From Batkoa obscura (taxonomy: Eukaryota), in contig JASVEC010000025.1 of assembly GCA_030770535.1 (NCBI GenBank), forward strand, positions 744,001 to 798,264: a stretch of 54,264 nt of DNA, written 5' to 3'. Under the pieces are notes generated by a model, which ran no database searches, was not told the origin of the DNA, and worked only from the letters and a program-made list of their open reading frames with translations. The position numbers were made by a program, and so were the translations under genes. The stretch's first letter is position 1. Every line of letters starts with the position of its first letter. This document shows positions 1-12,200 of the stretch, piece by piece.

Positions 1-803
1 TTAATATAATTGAAGCTGTACTACCAGGCGGAACAGAAATGGTACATGCCGTATTAATATTATTATTTAAATCTAATACACAAGGCTTATTAATTACTGA
101 TTGACAGTTATTACATTTAATTTCAATTTTATATAATAAATTGCTACTACTTTTATGTAAATTAATACCAAAGTTGGGATTAACAGTCAATGACATATAT
201 GTTAAAGATTGAACACCTTGACCAATACCTAATACATAAGGTGCCCAATTACCATATGGTTGATTAGCATCACCCCAAATACATTTACTTGAATCACTAT
301 TTTTTGGATTAACATAATATTGAGCGGATGTACCTTGCCAATAAGTAGAAGGAGGGGAATTTATTATTTGATTACTACATTGTGGCTCAGCAACAGTTGG
401 TATAATCATAGCTTCATTTCCTGGATAAACAGTTTGACAAAAAGAAACTGGTTCATTTAATTCTGATTTAATATTAACATTATTTAAAGATAAACTACAT
501 AATGGTTTATCTTTAAAAGGTAATTGTAAATTACCATTATTATCACAATATAAACCACCATTCATTGAACCACATTCAGGTCCATTAGGACATTTTGAAG
601 TTGGATCCCATTGACTTGAATAATAACCTGATTTACATGCATAAGGACACCATTTACCATAAGTACATTGTTGATCTGGTGACATAGCCCATCCAGCATT
701 TAACTGATCTTTTGTTATTGGTATTATTAATGAATCATTAGGTAATTTACATGTTTTACCATTTCCAGTATTATAATTATCATTATTATATGTATTATTG
801 TAT

Positions 804-876
<73 letters not shown>

Positions 877-1258
877 TTGGCTCTGAAGTTGGTATTATAG
901 AATATGTACTTGAACTTGATGAAAGTGTTTGAATTGGGTTATAGTTACTATGATATTGTGATGATTCATAATTATTATAAGGCGTACTTTTAACTTGTGT
1001 AGTTGTAGTTAATGTAGAAGTATTAATTATAGTAGTAGGCGTAGTACTAGTTGTAGTTACAGCTTGTGTATATTGATTGTTATAATTAATATTGTTATAA
1101 TGAATGTTACTATAATCGATGGTACTATAATCAATATTATTATTTTGATTTAAGTTATAATAGGGTTGATTTTGTATCCCATATTTTAAACGATATCTTT
1201 GAGAAGTATAACAATTAAATAAAGTAAAAAATAAGATATTATTTAAAATAAGTAACAT
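1..1258 (-). CDS. Secreted SUN-family beta-glucosidase-like protein (Adg3-like group); 3' end lies outside the window
   Basis: Manual translation from ATG 1258: hydrophobic N-terminus, Thr/Asn-rich linker with poly-Asn, then GWAMSPDQQC..WCPYACKSG..QWDP, MNGGLYC and SFCQTVYPGNEAMIIPT. Absent from the ORF track because the stop is off-window. Confidence 0.85.
805..874. repeat. (TTA)n microsatellite encoding a poly-Asn tract in the SUN gene
   Basis: About 23 uninterrupted triplets, read as AAT on the minus strand. Confidence 0.95.
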
Positions 1259-1641
1259 ATTAAATATAATAACAAGAATGAAAAAAAAACAGTAAAAGAT
1301 AACTTTAAATTGTTTTTTTATTTATTTATTTTTTTTTATTGTTTATTTTTCCCCATTAATTATCAATTAATTTCTTTCTAGTAAGAGTAATTCAATTCGT
1401 GGGGATCAATAATTTTATTGTTGATGGATTTACATCCTTAATTTCTGTTCTTTATGTTTAAGCCTTGTAAATCAATTCATCAATTTTTATGCTAATTAAA
1501 ATCAAACCTTAAAATTTCAACCCAAGAATTTATGCTAGTTTATTTTTACCATCAAAATTTTATTAACAGAAGCCTCTCCTTCTTATCTCATATGGTTCTA
1601 ATTAATTTGTATATTTAAATTACTTTTATTATTATTATTAC

Positions 1642-1675
<34 letters not shown>

Positions 1676-2214
1676 TACTATTATTATTATTTATTTTGTT
1701 ATATTGTTAATGTATGTTATTATTACTACAACTTTCTTTAAACATACATAAATTTAATGCTAAGTAATGAATTATGAAAAGTGTTGGAAAGAGTTATAAA
1801 ATCCTGACACCTGGTAAAAAAAGAACAAATTAAATGCTTTGTGACCATATTTTTAAAACTTTGTTACTGATGTTATAAATTACTATTGAACTTTATTTAG
1901 TCATCATCTTATGCAAAATTATTGAGTTTTTAATTTGAAGAATTTTAGTTTATCAATAAAAATTTCCCACTTTCTCGAAAAAAATATATAAAATAATCTA
2001 TTTCAATTCCTACATTGATAAACCAAACCTAGATTATGAAACATAATATCACAAAATATAATTTAAAAAATGCCAAGATAATATTAAGTCACAATAAATG
2101 AGCAATAAATTTTATTCCCCAATTCTTTTTAAGCTTAATATAATTATAATTAACTCAACGTTTATAACTTAACTTAAAGAAGTTATTATGAGTTTATATC
2201 AATATATAATATAT

Positions 2215-2309
2215 GGAGATGTTTTTTTTGGTTTCATCACTTTTCCATTTTTTAGGCGTTGTTTGAGCGGAAAGATTGTTAGTAAAATTCTTAAAAAAAA
2301 TACATTCAC
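2215..2309 (+). mobile_element. ~95-bp MITE, copy 1
   Basis: GGAGATGTTTTTTTTGG...AAATACATTCAC; flanks ATAT/ATGT; homologous to 11 other copies. Confidence 0.8.
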
Positions 2310-3545
2310 ATGTACTTTTCTTTCCTTTGAATCACCCAAAACATTACATAGATGGTTATTATTGTTAACAAACTTGTTATGTAAACTGAAATTTTATCAT
2401 AATCTCATTTTTATCTTGCTTTCTAACTAATTGTTATCTTATAGAACTTTAGATATTGATTTGAATAGAAGGAATGTCTTGATTTGGAGACTTTTAGTGA
2501 CTGAATTGCTCAGAAAAGGTAACTATAGAATACTCTTGTTTAGGGTTTCTTACTTTATTTGGTATATATTCTCACGACCTAGTCTTATTTAAGATCTTTT
2601 TACTAATTTATATTTAGTTATTATATTGGTCAATGAAATGTTTATAATTTTAGTATCTAAGAGTTTTAAAAAAACCTTTTAATAACCATAATAAGCATTA
2701 CTGTTTATAAAAATACCATTAAATATACTTCGTTAGCATAATATTATTAATCGCTTTATTAAATCTTTACGATTTATCATAGTAAATATTAATTTGTTAA
2801 ATAATGCTATTAAAACTCAATTTAATATGACAATATTATCCGTTGACTATAATAATAAAGGATAATATTAATAAATATAGTAGATAAATGTAAAAGTATA
2901 TAAAAAAATCAGTTTTTGATTTTTTCAAAAGCAGACTTTCCAAGGCTTTTTTGAGAATAAAAAGAAACATTGCCATATTGTTTTATATAATTTATATACT
3001 TGAACTAATTTTCTATTTTTTATTTTTTGTTTTGTATTTTTTAAACTTAAATTTTAATATTTTTAGTATTTTTTAATATAAAACAAATGAATTATAATAA
3101 AAAATTTATTAATAACTTAAGTGATAAAAATAATACTAAAAAATTGTTTAAAAAACTTCTAAGTTTTAATTTATTAAATCAAAGTAATATTCTAATTTTT
3201 AATTTAATTTATATTTATAATATATAAATAACTTATTTTGTTTAATTAAATTTTATTATTTAATCTGAAAATAATATTAATAAATTATTGAACATAAAAT
3301 TTGATGTTTTATAATTAAAGTTAAAATTTATTCTAGATTAATTAACTAGTTACAAATTAATAAGTTTTGATTTATATAACTAAAATAAACTTAAGTTATA
3401 AGCTATATAAAATAAATTAAATAGCATAATCATATAATTTATATAAAATATTTATATAAAAAACTTAGCAGCTTTATTAAGAAGATAATATTAAAAAATA
3501 ACTCAAAAAATATAAAATTTGGTATTTAAAGCTCGATCGCTTTAT

Positions 3546-3638
3546 GGGGGTGTTTTTGGCTTCATTACTTTTCCACCTTTTAAGCACCATTTGAGTGAAA
3601 AAACTGTTGGTAAAATTCTTAAACACAAATACATCCAC
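3546..3638 (+). mobile_element. MITE copy 2
   Basis: GGGGGTGTTTTTGG...AAATACATCCAC; flanks TTAT/TTGT. Confidence 0.8.
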
Positions 3639-3741
3639 TTGTATTAGTTATAAAACTTAAAAATTTAAAAAAAAATTAATAACAACTATATTAATTTAAT
3701 TAATAACATTAATAACAATAAATAACTTGCCTTAATAATTA

Positions 3742-3839
3742 GGGGATGTATCTTTTTGTTTAAGGATTTTGCTAACAATCTTTCCACTCAAATAGCGCTT
3801 AAAAATGGAAAAGGTGATGAAGCCAAAAAAAATACCCCA
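3742..3839 (-). mobile_element. MITE copy 3
   Basis: Reverse-complement copy with the shared core CTCAAATAGCGCTTAAAAATGGAAAA. Confidence 0.8.
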
Positions 3840-3882
3840 AATACTCTTGAATAACTTGTAAATATTTTTAAAATTACTATAT

Positions 3883-3980
3883 GGGGACGTATTTTTTTGT
3901 TTAAGAATTTTACTAACAATCTTTCCGCTGAAATAGCACTTAAAAATGGAAAAAATAATGAAACCAAAAAAAACACCCTC
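3883..3980 (-). mobile_element. MITE copy 4
   Basis: GGGGACGTATTTT...AAAACACCCTC with ATAT on both sides. Confidence 0.85.
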
Positions 3981-5614
3981 ATATTAAATAATAATATAAA
4001 ACAAAACTATATAAATTTAAGACTTTAATAACTAGTAACAATATTTTAAATACTTAATATAAATATTTTAGCAAAGAAAGATTAATTAACAAACAGAAGT
4101 TTAAAAAACATACTATTAAATAAAACAAAGCTAATAATATTAATTAAAAATATTGTAATAAAAACAAATACAAACAAAACAACTAATTCATTTATAATAT
4201 AATAAAAGCTATTATTTGTTTAAGCTGAATAATAATATTATTAAAAAAACTTACAATAAATAAAAACTTACTTTTAAACTATTGTATCTTATATTGTGCT
4301 ATTTTTAAATTTTTTATATTAAGTTGCCTTAGTAAATATATACGTTAAGTTAAAGTTAAAAATCTTCCATTTTTAAAACTGAAGTGTGGTTAAACCCATT
4401 TTTCACTTTTTAGTTGGATTTATTTATTTTAGGGCGACATTTTATTTCTAAAAAAAGTATTCGTATTTAGCAAAGCCTAACTTTTCATTATTTTTAAATT
4501 TCATAATTCAAAAGCTTAAGTTCAATAAAACTCTTAGAATTTATTGGTTTTTGTTTGACTATTTTAAACTATAATTGGTAGTAAAGGGCTTCGATCCTTT
4601 CAGTTCATCAGATTATACACAATTCTTACAAGTGATAGTTGGATAGGGCGACTGGAGTTAGGGATGTCTGGCAGTAGCTTATGAGCTATAGTTTACCATG
4701 GTTAAATATAATAACAACCCTATAATATTCTAGAATTTTTAAAACGTTAATAGATATTTCATCTTTGTTTCATCTTTATTATTTTTTTGAAAAAACTCTT
4801 ACATAAACAAAAATTTCTTAGTATTTAGCTATATTCAGTTAGCAATTAAAAGTTCAATAGACCCTATTTAGGTTGACTCCCCAAATGGGTCTAAGGTCAC
4901 TGGTAATACCTAAGTCAATTCAATTTATCTGGATAAGAACCTTAATATATTTGATTATTGGTCCATCTCAATATTTTAAAGTAATTTAGCAACGACTAAA
5001 CTTAATATATTTGCTTATCGAAACAGCTCTTTGTAAGATTCTTTTTGGACATATTGTTAGTTTCATCAAATGTGTGTTAACTAACGAAATATAAGAATAT
5101 CCGAATTAGTTTCATTTTTTTATCCAATTTTTAAATATTTTATATTTTAAAAACTTTGCTTAAAATTCTATAAGAATTTATTCTTTATCAAAAACCAAAA
5201 GTACCCAACACAGTTTTAATTTTATTATAATTTATATTGTAAGTTAGCAGAATTTGTATTAAATTTAATACAAATTCCCGGATTAGCAAGGGCTTTGTCA
5301 ATATGACTTATATATGGGGATTGATAAAGGTTGTATTGTGTAAATAAATGTATATTCTTATAAAACCTTATTGAGAAATATTTATCATTGGCTGCTTTAT
5401 AGCCAACATTACAGACTTGTTATCAAATAAATAAATTATTTTAATGTTATAATTACATTATTAATATATTACTAAGCTAATAGATAACTCCACAGAAGGG
5501 AGTGGTTAGCCCTAAAACTATAACTAACTATCTTTATATAATACAAGCAGTATAACAATAGTTTTTACTTATTATTACAACTACTTGGTTTTTGACTATT
5601 TATTAACTTAGTTA

Positions 5615-6163
5615 TGTAAAATACTGATTCGTCAGCTCTATAATTGATTACCATATAATAATCATTTAACTTGTTTATAAAACTAACTGCAGCCTTGTAT
5701 TCAATTTGACCGTGATTCATGTGATACAATCAATTTAGAGTTCCTTATTTGGATTTGCTGTGAGAACTCCTACCGCCTAATCACGAAGAACTTATTGTCC
5801 ACGTTTTAATGTCCATACTTGGAAACTATAATAAGGAATAACTACTATAATGTTCCTTATATATAGCCATCCAGTTGGAGTATAAAAGAGATTCTTCAAC
5901 ATGATAACTTGAGGCTTTTTAACTGAATTACTCCCTGATATCATGCCATTAATAAAGCCACTAAGTCTTTCAGACAATGTCTTACGTAGATTTTACAGTA
6001 GTATCTTCTATTCTATTTGTTTTACATAATTTGTAACTTATTAAATATTATTCCTATTAAGCTAAGTCTATCTTAGTTATATAAACTAAGACCTTTCGAT
6101 TTACGGCTAGTTAATTAAGCTAGAATTACTTTTAACCCCAACCACTGAGTACCAACTTTCATA
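5615..6163 (-). mobile_element. Solo-LTR-like element (decayed termini)
   Basis: Ends TGTAAAA...TTTCATA (family consensus TGTGAAA...TTTCACA); flanks GTTA/GCTA. Confidence 0.7.
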
Positions 6164-6529
6164 GCTATTAATAATTTAAATAATATTAACATCTAATAAT
6201 TGATTTTGTTATTTAATAAACTGCTTGGTTAGTAAATATTAAAACTTTTGAATTTTCTGTTATTTTTACAAGGTAAGCTAGGGTTGATCTTTTAATTTTT
6301 TAATTTTTTATAGACTTTATAACTTTAATTAAAATTATATCATTTTTTTTATCTATCAGATACCAGATAATAATGTAGTTTATCATTATATTTAATAAAA
6401 TATAAACATTTTCTAACACTTTATATCTTTTTTATTTTTTTTATTTCTTATTTTTTCTTTTCTTCATACTTTTTAAAAATTATATCTGTTTCCCTATTAT
6501 TAACAGTTGAGTTAATAATTCCATTATGT

Positions 6530-7010
6530 TGTGAAAGTTGATACTCAATGGTTGGAGTTAAAAGCAGTCCTCGCTTAATTAACTTACCTTGAGTCAAATG
6601 GTCTTAGTTTATATAACTAAGATAGACTTAGCTTAATAGGAATAATATTTAATAAGTTACAAATTATGTAAAACAAATAGAATAGAAGATACTACTGTAA
6701 AATCTACGTAAGACATTGTCTGAAAGACTTAGTGGCTTTATTAATGGCATGATATCAGGGAGTAATTCAGTTAAAAAGCCTCAAGTTATCATGTTGAAGA
6801 ATCTCTTTTATACTCCAACTGGATGGCTATATATAAGGAACATTATAGTAGTTATTCCTTATTATAGTTTCCAAGTATGGACATTAAAACGTGGACAATA
6901 AGTTCTTCGTGATTAGGCGGTAGGAGTTCTCACAGCAAATCCAAATAAGGAACTCTAAATTGATTGATTATATTGTAATCATCCTAGAGCTAATGAAGTG
7001 ATATTTCACA
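6530..7010 (+). mobile_element. Solo-LTR-like element
   Basis: TGTGAAA...TTTCACA termini, internal TATATAA and hairpin TCTTAGTT-N5-AACTAAGA. No matching TSD. Confidence 0.7.
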
Positions 7011-7241
7011 GCACATATATTATATAAATCTGTTTTTCTTGCTGGATTTTTAAAATTATTTGATATATATTTAAAGAATATTAACTTAGTTACTGCTTCA
7101 TTTTTTAAATTGTTAAAATATTTATTATCATTACTTTTTTTATCAAATCTTGATAAAATAATTGAATTATCAAGTAAATATTATATAATAATTTTAATTT
7201 AATTATTTTTAATTTTTAATAATAAGTTTTAATATTGGTAC

Positions 7242-7340
7242 GTGGATGTTTTTTATAGTTTCATTACTTTTTCCATTTTTTAAGCGTTACTTGAGCGGAA
7301 AAGCTATTAGAAAAATTCTTAAACAAAATAATACATCACC
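7242..7340 (+). mobile_element. MITE copy 5
   Basis: GTGGATGTTTTTT...ATACATCACC followed by ATAT. Confidence 0.8.
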
Positions 7341-7378
7341 ATATTTTATCATTATTAATTATTTAAAAATAACTATAT

Positions 7379-7477
7379 GGAAATGTATTTTTTTGTTCAA
7401 GAATTTTACTAATAACCTTTCCGCTCAAGTAGCGCTTAAAAAATGGAAAAAGTGATGAAATCAAAAAAAACATTCCC
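7379..7477 (-). mobile_element. MITE copy 6
   Basis: ATAT on both sides; inverted relative to copy 5 and 38 bp away. Confidence 0.85.
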
Positions 7478-7866
7478 ATATTGATTTCTACTTATACTAA
7501 ATCTAAAACTTTTATATTTGTTAAAAAAATATACTGAAGCTATAATTTATAATAATACTACTTGTTGATTTTCATTTCCTGTTTCCTTTAAAGCATTAAT
7601 TTTATAGATTACTTAATTAAGTTTATTATTATCAATAATAAACTTTAATGATTTTTTTGTTTTGTTTTATTGTAAAATTCTATAAACTCTGGCTTATTAT
7701 AAATAGTTGTTAAAATTAATCCAAATAAATTGTAGTGTTTATATGGTGTACTTTTCCTTATTATATTAAAATTTAAAAAAAATAAAACAATTAAAATAAG
7801 TCTTTTAAGTTAAATAAAAAGATTTAATTTTAAGCTTTTTAACTTTAACTAATCATATATTAAAGG

Positions 7867-8459
7867 TGTGAAAGTTGATACTTAGTGGTCGAAGTTAAAA
7901 GCTACTCTTGCTTAATTAACTTGCCTTGAGTCGAAGGGTCTTAGTTTATGTAACTAAGATAGACTTAACTTAATAGAAATAGTATACAATAGGCTATACG
8001 AAAGCCGGTACTCAGTAGTAGAGGTTAAAAGCTACTCTTGCTTAACTAACTTGCCTTGAGTCGAAAGGTCTTAGTTTATGTAACTAAGATAGACTTAACT
8101 TAATAGGAATAATATTTAATAAGACGAATTATGTAAACAAATACAATGGAAGATACTACTGTAAAATCTATATAAGATGTTGTCAGAAAGACTTAGTGAC
8201 TTTATTAATAATACGTTATCAGAGAGTAATCCAATTAAAAAAGCCTGGAGTTATCATATTGAAGAATCTCTTTTATACTCCAATAAATATGGATATTAAA
8301 ACGAGAGGATGTTATTCCTTGCAATATGAAGTTAAAAATTCTCGCAGCAAATCAAAACAAGGGACTCTAGTTTGATTGCGTTTGAACTTGAGAACACAGC
8401 AACTTAAGTGATTGTTGCGTTATAATCAATCTAAGAGCTAAATAAAGCAATATTTCACA
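7867..8459 (+). mobile_element. Solo-LTR-like element with internal tandem duplication
   Basis: TGTGAAA...TTTCACA; 4-bp TSD AAGG (7863-7866 / 8460-8463); ~125-bp hairpin-containing unit duplicated. Confidence 0.8.
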
Positions 8460-9257
8460 AAGGCTTACAAATTTAAAAACTTAAAATTTGGATTAATTTT
8501 TAATTAAATTCTGAAACCAATTCGGGCATCCCCATATATAAGTCATGTTGATAAAACCCTTGCTGATCCCGGAATTTGTATTAAATTTGATAGAAATCCC
8601 GTTAACTTATAATACAAATTATAATAAAGTAATTTAAAACTGTATCGTGTACTTTGGTTTTTAATAAAGAATAAATTCTTATAGAATTTTAAGCAAAGTT
8701 TTTAAAATATAAAATATTTAAAAATTGGATAAAAAAATGAAACCAATTCAGACATCCCCATATCTCAAATTAAATCACTATCAAAGATAAATTTTTATAA
8801 TAAAAGCTACTGAGTAATTGTAGGGTTTTTTTAAATATATTATATTTAAGAACAATTTTACTTTAAAAAATTTAGTTCTAAAATAAATATACAAATTATG
8901 ATTTTCACTTATCTCGTATAAAATTAATTGTCAATTGACATTTTAAAATAAATATCAAAGATAGCTAAATAGGTGTTATAGTAAAAATATCGTTATATGC
9001 AAATGATATGTTTATTAAAAGTTAAAAGACTTATTTTTATATAATAATTGTTTATACAGAATCTATAATTTATTATATTATTTTCATTACTATAAATTTA
9101 TTTAAATTACCATATTTTTAAAACAAATCCAAGCCTATGGTGATTAAAATTTACGTATTAATTTTCCAAGCTAATTAGATCAAAAGAGGAATTAGTCAGC
9201 CAATAAGTTGTAATTAGGTCAATCTACAAAATTTACTTTTTTAAAAAAATATAACAA

Positions 9258-12200
9258 ATGTCAGATATTAGTGATGATTTAGAAGGAAATGTAGACTGGG
9301 ATAGTTTACATAGTGAATTTGAAGATTACTTATTAAAGTTACCAATAATATACAATTGCCGATTTGATAAATCCATAGCTGTTAAAATTTATAGTCAATT
9401 ATCTCATTATTTGGGTTTAAATAAATATGTTTATGACGAAGAAAAAGATAAATTTAGTTATGAAGATACTGGTCCTCATATTAGTCAGGACCCTAATGCT
9501 GTTAGAAGGGGTCGTTTATGTGGTAAATTATTTAAAAAAGGAGATCCTGTTTATCGTTGCAGGTAAATTATTTTTTATGGTTTAATTTAAATAATTTTAT
9601 AATAATACCATTAAATAATATAATAAATAACATCAAATAAATAGGGATTGTAGCCTTGATCCAAATAATGCCATTTGTTCCATTTGTTTTGAAGCTGGGC
9701 AACATGAAGGTCATGATGTTTATATATTATTACATAATACTAGAGATAATTTTTGTGGGTGTGGGGATCCGGAACTTTGGAAAAATGGGTCATTGTGTGG
9801 TTATCATGATCCAGAACATCCTAACACTACAGATATGATTGACCGAATGATTCCAAGCATTAATTTAAGGTCATTTAAAGTATTTTTTACAGTTTGTTTG
9901 GATTTTATTATTAAAATCTATGAGCATTCCCCAGAAAGTATATTTTCTGAACGAAGTTTCAAACAATTGTTTAAAGATGAAAGAAAATTTTATAAAGCAT
10001 TTTCAAAGATACCATATGCGTCATTAAGTAAAGAATATGCTTTAGTGGTATTTGATGATGACCATCATACAGCCCAAGAGTTTGAACGACTTTATCAAAA
10101 AGCAACAGGGCTTAGTGAAGAAGCATGTAGAAATGATCGAGTTGAGTTTGGAGAGGTAGGTAGAAAAGTAGTTGAAATTTCTTCCGATTTAGAAATGTTA
10201 ACAGAAACATCACATCATTTTACAAAAGCAGCTTATCATTGTACAATACGTTCAGCACTAAGTGTATTTTATGAAGAAGTTTCAATGGCCATTATTCATT
10301 ATGTAACTTTACTCGTTGAATGTCAAGAATTCAATTTCTTCTTGGATGGTATACTTTATGATGCTTTTTTAGATTCATTTGCTACTCAACTTTGTTCCCC
10401 TCGTAATATTAGATTTAACATACCAACAAATGTAAAAGCATCTAAAAGATATTATGATAGCAAACCCACACAGGACGACTTTAATAATAATTATGATGAT
10501 ATGTCAAATAGTTCAAATGAAATAGTTAATCAAAATGATATGAATGAACACGATGATGTAGATATGGAAAATGATCCAATAGATTCATTTACTATCACAG
10601 AAGAAGAAGAAATTGGGTATATGAGTGGTGAATCAATAGATGAAAAAGATGAAGGACTTCCTGAAGGACTTATATCTTTAGAAGATCCTGCAAAATATAC
10701 TGGATCACTTTATGATATAAAATTGGATGATGAGACGCCCTTTTATTTTCCATCCAAAAACCCAATTTACGAAGAAAATCGTAGCGATTTTCCAAGACCT
10801 CCACTAACTGTTTCAAAATATCGTTTGGATTGGATTTTAGCTCTAGATACTTTATTTTCTAAAAGGATGCGAAGAGAAATTCACCAATTGTTAATTTATT
10901 CCCCTTTAATTTCAGATAAAGAGAGAAGAGAAGCAATAGCTCCTCATTTTTTTGTGAATTATCGTACTTATCTTTTAGGCTCAAAAATAAGAAAACCTCA
11001 ATATGTACAAGGTATGCTTGGTTTTACAGTTCATCTTTTGACTAGACCAAGCATTGCTAAACAACTTGTAGATCGGATGAATTTTTTACCTTACCTTTTT
11101 GCATTATTAGAAAGGTTTTTTCAACCATATGAAATAGGAGAAGATAAACTTGATGATCGATTTTCAGTTGTAAGCGCCTCATTTATAGAAATATTACCAA
11201 TATTTTCATTTCATACACCGTTTAAATCTTTAACTCATTCTGAGTTTAAAAATAAGCTATTTTCAATTGTTTTACAAAATTTACATTATTTATTGGAACA
11301 ACAAGAAGTTCAAAGATATGTATTTAAGAACCCATTAAATGTTGCCGCTTTTTTACACTTTTTAACATATTTTCAAGGGATGAATGCGGCTGGTAGACTA
11401 AAAGATACCCATGTTGAATATGAAAATGAAGCTTATATGGCTGCATTCGAAATCTCATTTTATATTTATCGTATTATTAGACCCTTTTGTTCTTCTTATA
11501 GACATTCTACATTATATCTGGCTAAAGCTTTAAGGAGAACAATTTATAAAATAGATTATTGGATAAGTAGAGGAGGTGAAAGTTCAAACGGGGATACAAT
11601 TGGTGGAGATTATTGTGTTAAGTTTGCTAAGCATCGGGGATTAAATGATGAGGCTTATGATATTGTTGATTTTAGTGTGGATGATGGTGAAGAGATATCA
11701 TTTCATTATCCATTACATTGGTTTTTATCTTTGTTGCTTCATAATGTCAATGCTCTTGATAGTAAAATGTTACAAGAAATAGGCTTTGGAGATATAAATC
11801 ATCTTTTAATTGGAGTTAGGTCTGAAGATTCACGTTATGAAGCTAATTTACAACGAATTCAAGCCATTTTTGATTACCCATTAAGATCTATTGTACTTTC
11901 TTCTCAAATTCGTGTCAATCTTTGGGTTCGTAATGGACAATCTGTTAGAGCCCAATGCTATAGTTATAGAGATATGACAGATTCCTTATTCTATTTGGAT
12001 CTTTTTATGTTACAGTATATGTTAATAATGTTTCCCCCAAAAATTGCTTTATTTACATTGTTAGAGCGATTTGGATTATCTAGATTGGTATCGTTTAGTG
12101 AAGGACATCCAGTTTATGACGAAAGTCAATATAAAGAAATTGTTTTGGATTTCTTTGGTATATTCATTTATTGCCTTACTGAAAGAGGAAAGTTAGTCAA

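Larger units (their letters stand above)
5093..8759. mobile_element. Putative non-autonomous DNA transposon with ~230-bp TIRs (5089-5321 / 8528-8763), containing nested LTR-like elements and MITEs
   Basis: The two segments are diverged reverse complements. The right end ...GACATCCCC|ATAT matches the MITE terminus; the left end ATAT|AAGAATAT is a decayed version. No transposase ORF found. Confidence 0.55.

Noticed and set aside
5792..6901. Two identical 61-aa ORFs on opposite strands
   Set aside because: They start at TTG inside the LTR-like inverted repeat and are not preserved in other copies of the family.
1260..9250. 8-kb gene-free AT-rich block as a possible centromere
   Set aside because: Largely explained by nested repeats; no sequence feature diagnostic of a centromere.
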